Part shown: positions 15,310 through 20,145 of the stretch, piece by piece
How positions within the stretch are numbered: the first letter of the stretch is position 1
How the letters are laid out: each line of letters starts with the position of its first letter
Origin: Polyangiaceae bacterium
GTDB taxonomy: Bacteria > Myxococcota_A > Polyangia > Polyangiales > Polyangiaceae
Reading direction: 5' to 3'
Length of the DNA stretch: 20,145 bases
Assembly (NCBI GenBank): GCA_965222375.1
Contig: CBDCTZ010000010.1
Coordinates: 1-20,145 of the forward strand
Made by a program: the position numbers and the translations under genes
Notes under the pieces: model-generated
What the model saw: the letters and a program-made list of their open reading frames with translations, nothing else
Databases searched by the model: none
What the model was told of the DNA's origin: nothing

Positions 15310-16809
15310 ATGACACCCTCGACTTCATCGCACAAAGAAACGAGCTTCGCCCGGCGCGCTCTGGCAGCCGGTTGGCTATTGGTTTTCTTCGCGTTGGCAT
15401 GCAGCTCGGAGTCACCACCAGCTTCGACCGAGCCCGCTGTCGCAGACGAGTACCTGAGCAACTTGCCGTCCTGGGCCGAGTTTTCACCCAAGCTGCCGTC
15501 CCTGAGGCCAGCACCAGCTGGTGCGACTGAAATCCTTCCGCCGGAGAAGACCGACGTGCGCACAATCGGTGATGACGGCGTGGTTCAGGTCGTGCCCGAC
15601 GTCGACTACCATTGCACGCAGACGCCCTACTCGGTGCAAGACACTCCCGACAAGCTGGTGATGTACAGCCCCGATGTGGAGATCCTCTGGCCGGGCGCGT
15701 TGCTGCAAGGAAAGACCCATCGGGACGGCTTGGGCAGTCTGCTGGGACTGCCCATTGCCCAGCGTTCACCCGTTCGCATTTCCATTCCCGCGCTGCCTAC
15801 CGGCGACAACTTCAGAGAGCTGAATAGCCCCAATCAAGCCACTGCTGCCGCCGCGATTGGCGAGATGATCGCAGCGGCAACGATTACAGCGCTTCCGACT
15901 CCAAGCGACATCACTTTCGAGATGCGTACGTCTTCCGAGGAGAAAGAGTTCGCGCTCTCCCTCGGCATTTCGGGCAACTATCTGAAGTTTTCCGGATCGG
16001 CCAGCGGAGACTTCAGCAAGAACGCCTCGGAGACCACGGTGACCGCCCATTTCTTGCAGAAGATGTTCGAAGTTGTGGTCGAACCGCCGCAGACCCCAGG
16101 AGCTTTCTTCAGCCCGGAGTTCACTCAGGACAAGCTCGACGAACAGATCGCACTGGGGAAGATCGGGCCCAACAACCTGCCCGTCTATGTATCGAACATC
16201 GTCTACGGCCGCATGATGACGTTCTCGTTCACCTCCACCGCGAGCGAACAAGAGATCCGGGGCACCTTGGAAGCCGCCTACAAGGTCGTCGTCGCCGGAG
16301 TGAGCGTCAACTTGACCGTCAAGCAGAAGAAGATCCTGAGCGAGGCCAAGATCGCGGTCACCTCCTTGGGCGGGGACGGCCAAGCGACGCTGGACCTGAT
16401 TCGCTCTGGCGATTGGCGCGAGTACTTCTCGAAGGACGCACCGCTGTCCAGTGCGGCTCCGCTCTCCTACACCTTCCGCAACTTGGCTGATGGCAGCATC
16501 GCGGCGGTCACCGAGACGGCGAAGTACAACGTCAAGCAATGCAAAGCCGTTGCCGGCACCAGCTGCGCACAAATCGCCTGTGGGCCTGGCCAGACCTGTG
16601 AAAACAACCAATGCAAGTCGGAGCCTTCTGGAAGTGGCGTGGGGTGCGTACACGATGGGGTCTGCACCACGAAGGACGACTGCGTGTGCTCCGACTGCGA
16701 AACGAACAGTGTCTGCTCGAAGAACCACTGCGACAACGACGGTGTCTGCGACGCATTCATCGAGAACTGCCTATGCGGCGACTGCCTGGCACACCCCGAG
16801 TGTCAATGA
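15310..16809 (+). CDS. Thiol-activated/cholesterol-dependent cytolysin-like (CDCL) lipoprotein with a Cys-rich C-terminus
   Basis: Lipobox ALA-C; ILWPGALLQG, FF-x31-YGR (PVYVSNIVYGR), VTSLGG and PLSYTFRNLAD match CDC domains 1-3. No ECTGLAWEWWR undecapeptide. Confidence 0.88.
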   Translation: MTPSTSSHKETSFARRALAAGWLLVFFALACSSESPPASTEPAVADEYLSNLPSWAEFSPKLPSLRPAPAGATEILPPEKTDVRTIGDDGVVQVVPDVDYHCTQTPYSVQDTPDKLVMYSPDVEILWPGALLQGKTHRDGLGSLLGLPIAQRSPVRISIPALPTGDNFRELNSPNQATAAAAIGEMIAAATITALPTPSDITFEMRTSSEEKEFALSLGISGNYLKFSGSASGDFSKNASETTVTAHFLQKMFEVVVEPPQTPGAFFSPEFTQDKLDEQIALGKIGPNNLPVYVSNIVYGRMMTFSFTSTASEQEIRGTLEAAYKVVVAGVSVNLTVKQKKILSEAKIAVTSLGGDGQATLDLIRSGDWREYFSKDAPLSSAAPLSYTFRNLADGSIAAVTETAKYNVKQCKAVAGTSCAQIACGPGQTCENNQCKSEPSGSGVGCVHDGVCTTKDDCVCSDCETNSVCSKNHCDNDGVCDAFIENCLCGDCLAHPECQ

Positions 16810-16872
16810 GCGGTAGCTGCTCTGCCCGGAGTTTGGGCAATCCACGCTCGCATGCGCTAGTTTGTCCAGACC

Positions 16873-17433
16873 GTGAGTCGCCCCCAATCAATTCACGCTA
16901 GCCCCGGTCCCCTCGTCATGCTGCTGATAGGGCAAGCGCTCCTTGTTGGCCTGGCGGCTCGCCACGCGTACACGTTGAGTCAGAGTGCCGAGTTGATCCA
17001 GGCCGAACCATCAGCGCAGACGGTGGCGCGCCTCACCGGGATAGTTGCCCAACACCAAGCGCTATCACCCTTCGTCTATGCCGCCTGGTTGGTGTCCTTG
17101 GTAGGTGGCGGACTGGCGATTGCGCTCACTGTGCGTCGCCAGTTGCGCTGGCCCATGTCGGGTGCGATCTTGCTGGTAGTGGGGCACTTGACCCTGCTGG
17201 CGGGGCTCTACGTGTTGCCAATCGCTCTGTCTGCGCCGCCTTTTCCCGCTGAAGCCGCGACTGAATTCTCCACTTTGGGTTTCGGGCGTTGGTTTGCTCA
17301 GCTGGCTCACAACCAGGCTATCAGTGCGGTCGTGGCTCTGGTGGGTTGGCTCTTCAACGGGGTTGCCTGCGGTTTGGCGTGGCACTTGACCCATGGCACC
17401 TCTGGGGTGATCGAGCCGAAACCCAGCGGCTGA
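16873..17433 (+). CDS. Hypothetical integral membrane protein (~4 TM helices)
   Basis: Four hydrophobic segments; the ORF fills the gap between the CDCL gene and the next lipoprotein gene; many A/T-ending codons. Confidence 0.65.
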   Translation: MSRPQSIHASPGPLVMLLIGQALLVGLAARHAYTLSQSAELIQAEPSAQTVARLTGIVAQHQALSPFVYAAWLVSLVGGGLAIALTVRRQLRWPMSGAILLVVGHLTLLAGLYVLPIALSAPPFPAEAATEFSTLGFGRWFAQLAHNQAISAVVALVGWLFNGVACGLAWHLTHGTSGVIEPKPSG

Positions 17434-17498
17434 ATCAGAGAGGGCTCCGTCGGGCCGCGCCTCGGGCCATCGCCCCAAAATTGCGGTAACCTTGGCGC

Positions 17499-18104
17499 AT
17501 GAAGACTTGGTTGCTTGGGCTTGGGGTTTTGGTGATGGGTGTCGCGTGCGGCGAGTCGTCCAGTAACGACGGCAGTGGAGGCGGTGGCGGCAGCGCCGCG
17601 GCGTCAGGCAGCGGTGGCAGTAGCGGCAGCGCCGGCAGCGGCGGAAGTGCTGGCAGCAGCGGCGGAAGTGCTGGCAGCGGTGGCGCTGCCGGTAGTAGCG
17701 GTGGCGCCGGCGGATCCAGCGGCGGCGCGGGCGGAGCATCCGGCGGCGCAGCGGGCAGCGGTGGCGCTGGGGGCGTCGATTGCAACCCGAGCACGGTGAC
17801 GTGCAAGAAGGCGATTCCGGTCTGCCCCCCGGGGCAGGTGCCGGCGGTTGAAAACGGTTGCTGGGGCAAGTGCATCGGGATCCTCGAGTGCGCCACGGAG
17901 AAAGATTGCTCCAACTGCACCACCGGGTTCTGCGCGAAGTACGAGTCCTTCGTGACCAACTATCGCTGCGTGATGCCCTCCTTGCAGTGCTCCGCCTTGG
18001 CCTGCTCGTGTCTGGCCCCCTACTTCTGCGCTTCTCCTTGGGACGCGTGCAACGATTCGACGTCGGGTCCGGAGAAAGTCAGCTGCTCTTGCCCGTCGTG
18101 CTGA
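17499..18104 (+). CDS. Putative lipoprotein, Gly/Ser linker and Cys-rich domain
   Basis: MKTWLLGLGVLVMGVA-C lipobox, a GSGGSAG linker and a Cys-rich C-terminus; TAACCT lies 6 nt before the ATG. Confidence 0.85.
   Translation: MKTWLLGLGVLVMGVACGESSSNDGSGGGGGSAAASGSGGSSGSAGSGGSAGSSGGSAGSGGAAGSSGGAGGSSGGAGGASGGAAGSGGAGGVDCNPSTVTCKKAIPVCPPGQVPAVENGCWGKCIGILECATEKDCSNCTTGFCAKYESFVTNYRCVMPSLQCSALACSCLAPYFCASPWDACNDSTSGPEKVSCSCPSC
17635..17676 (+). repeat. 21-bp tandem duplication in the Gly/Ser linker
   Basis: GCAGCGGCGGAAGTGCTGGCA occurs twice, exactly and adjacent. Confidence 0.8.
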
Positions 18105-18131
18105 GCGACACGGCGCGCGGCGCGTCGGGCG

Positions 18132-18602
18132 TCAACTGCGGATCTGCTCTGCCAGGTAGTTCTGCAGGCCCACTTGATCCATCAGCGTGAGCTCTGCCTC
18201 GAGCCAATCGAGGTGAGACTCTTCGTCCACGAGCATCTCTTCGAAAAGCTGACGAGTGCCGCCGTCCGCCTGTTTGATGCAGTAGTCCACTGCTTCTCGC
18301 AGGCGTGCGATGGCGTGGCGGACTAACTCTTGATCTTTCTTGATTTGCGCCTCTACGGAGTCGATGGGCGCGACGGCTCGGGCGTCGGAAACTTTGGGCA
18401 AGCCTTCCAAGAAGAAGATACGCTGCGCAATACGGGCGGCGTGGGTCGTTTCTTCACGTGAGTACTCTTCCTGCTTGTCCTGTAAGCGCCGGTAGCCCCA
18501 GTTGGCACACATAGCCGCGGCCAGCATGTACTGCTTGTGGCCGGTCAGCTCGATCTGTAGGTACTCGTTGAGGTAGTCGATGACCTTCGCGTCGCCCTTC
18601 AT
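18132..18602 (-). CDS. bfr: Bacterioferritin (atypical: M52T, E94V)
   Basis: Colinear with E. coli Bfr: MKGD.KVI.YLN...E...QY...NWG...E..HA...RI.FLEGLP...LREA...DEE.H.DWLE.EL...GLQNYL; 156 aa. Confidence 0.92.
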   Translation of the reverse strand: MKGDAKVIDYLNEYLQIELTGHKQYMLAAAMCANWGYRRLQDKQEEYSREETTHAARIAQRIFFLEGLPKVSDARAVAPIDSVEAQIKKDQELVRHAIARLREAVDYCIKQADGGTRQLFEEMLVDEESHLDWLEAELTLMDQVGLQNYLAEQIRS

Positions 18603-18683
18603 GAGCACGACTTGTACTGCGGCGACAGGGCTTTCGACTTGCCCGACGTCAGGTCGCCAAGCTCGATTCGTCCGGTATTTTGG

Positions 18684-19790
18684 TTATTTGCACTTGGGCG
18701 AGACGTCGGCCAGCGGCCGGCGGTCGACGCCGGAGCGATCGATGAGGGCCTGGGGGCACTCCACCTCCGTGTACCGAAGGTTCGGGTTGTCCGCCACCTC
18801 GAACCAGTCCGCAAACCAGTTGCAGCCAGCGAGAAGATCCGCATCCGAGAAGCTGGCGCTCTTGAACACCGCCTGGCAGCGGCCCTTCAGACACGCCTTC
18901 ACCTTGGCGTGGGTATTGTTGCTGCCATCTTGTTTGCATGCGGTGAGGAATCCGCCGTACTGGGCGCCCAACTGCTTCGGATCGGAGATCTTCCACTGCT
19001 GGGTGCAAGCATCGAAAGCACCCACGCCGCCACCAGGAATCAAGATGTCGAACTGGCCACCGCTGACGTCGTAGCCGATGTTCGTAGCTTGTACGACCAT
19101 GGTCTTGCCCTTGAGTTTGGCCGAGCCCGCATCGTTGGCGTCGTAGTGCCCGGTGCCATCGAACTCCAACTGGTAGCAACGGCCGCAGATATCGCCGCTC
19201 GCCGGCACCGCAGCGAATCCGTAGGAAAGGGTGCCGCTCACCTGCCAGGGCCGCATGCTGAAGCAGGTGTGTGAGCTATTCGCGCCGGGCGTGTCACACG
19301 CGCTCTTGGCATTGTACTGACCGGTTTGTGGGCTACCCGCCTGACTGCAGCTGGTCACTGGCTTCACCCCGGAAGGAACGTTGCCGGACCAACCGCAATG
19401 CGCTTTGCAGCAATCCCAATAACGAGTGGAGTATCCTTTGCAAGCGTTCGGACCGAGGGGGCCACCGCCGCTGCCCCCGGTGCTGGCATTGCCGCCCGCG
19501 CCGCCCACGTTACCCGTTCCGCCGCTGCCGCCTGCGCCAGGTGAGCCACCCGAGCTCGTGCCGGCGGTGCCGCTGCTGCCCCCGGTGTTGGCTGCGCCGC
19601 TGCCTCCCGTCGATGCGCCGCCCGTCGAGGCGTTGCCAGAGCCGCCGGTGGAGGCGTTTCCGGATCCACCGGTTGCAGAGCCAGCGTCGGTCGAGGACGC
19701 GGGGTCCGAGTCGCTTCCGCAAGCTACGATAGCCGACGCCGTGCTCATGACAGCAAGCAGGGCAATGGAAGTGAGCGTTGTACGAACCAC
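18684..19790 (-). CDS. Glycoside hydrolase family 45 endoglucanase, lipoprotein with a Gly-rich linker
   Basis: GH45 signature STRYWDCCK, GFAA, CGRCYQLEF, MVVQATNIG, FDILIPGGGVGAFDAC and WF..ADNP; lipobox IVA-C; RBS GGAGG before GTG. Confidence 0.93.
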   Translation of the reverse strand: MVRTTLTSIALLAVMSTASAIVACGSDSDPASSTDAGSATGGSGNASTGGSGNASTGGASTGGSGAANTGGSSGTAGTSSGGSPGAGGSGGTGNVGGAGGNASTGGSGGGPLGPNACKGYSTRYWDCCKAHCGWSGNVPSGVKPVTSCSQAGSPQTGQYNAKSACDTPGANSSHTCFSMRPWQVSGTLSYGFAAVPASGDICGRCYQLEFDGTGHYDANDAGSAKLKGKTMVVQATNIGYDVSGGQFDILIPGGGVGAFDACTQQWKISDPKQLGAQYGGFLTACKQDGSNNTHAKVKACLKGRCQAVFKSASFSDADLLAGCNWFADWFEVADNPNLRYTEVECPQALIDRSGVDRRPLADVSPKCK

Positions 19791-19977
19791 AGGGCCTCCG
19801 TGGGGATCTCAAGCCACTCGACTCTAGCCTCAACCGCCTCGCAAGGGTGCTCGCGGGTCGCTCCGGATTTTTCTCAATGCTTCCGCCACGCTAGCGGCAG
19901 CGTGTGACAAGGGCTCGCGGGCATGCGGCCCCGCCCCCAAAAAACCAAACCCTGACAGATCCGCTAGAATGCGCGGT

Positions 19978-20145
19978 ATGCACCGACGGATCTGGGCTGG
20001 CTGTCTAGCGCTGCTTTTGGCGTTTAGCTGCGGGGATGACGAGAGCGGTTCAAAGCCGTCCAACGCTGCCGACGCTGGCGCGGATGTCGACCCGGACGCC
20101 GCCGAGCCATGTCCGACGGTTCCGGACATCGACGAGACACCGGCG
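19978..20145 (+). CDS. Putative lipoprotein, 3' truncated by the window end
   Basis: MHRRIWAGCLALLLAFS-CGDDESGSKP..., open to the end of the window; TAGAAT lies 7 nt before the ATG. Confidence 0.75.
   Translation, partial: MHRRIWAGCLALLLAFSCGDDESGSKPSNAADAGADVDPDAAEPCPTVPDIDETPA

Overview
GC-rich bacterial DNA whose gene content (many Gly/Ser-linker, Cys-rich lipoproteins, AgmX/PglI-type domains, Cys-paired Sel1 repeats) points to Myxococcota, probably Polyangia-like; this is an inference. About 19 coding regions: a metallophosphoesterase broken by an internal deletion plus frameshift, a PAS-PAS hybrid histidine kinase, DedA, an ECF sigma/anti-sigma pair, YjgA/DarP, an esterase, a 1003-aa Sel1-repeat lipoprotein with TerB, RtcB, a VOC protein, a lipoprotein cluster containing a cholesterol-dependent-cytolysin-like (CDCL) protein, an atypical bacterioferritin, a GH45 endoglucanase lipoprotein and a truncated lipoprotein. 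No RNA genes, CRISPR arrays or mobile elements were seen. Top leads: (1) a solo CDCL lipoprotein with a Cys-rich tail in place of domain 4, flanked by candidate partner/immunity genes; (2) a cryptic MACPF/CDC-like domain at the N-terminus of the Sel1 lipoprotein; (3) a bacterioferritin lacking both the heme Met52 and ferroxidase Glu94; (4) a perfect 32-bp palindrome between divergent rtcB and VOC genes; (5) repeated leaderless-type promoters. All family calls are from motif recognition by eye; no searches were run.
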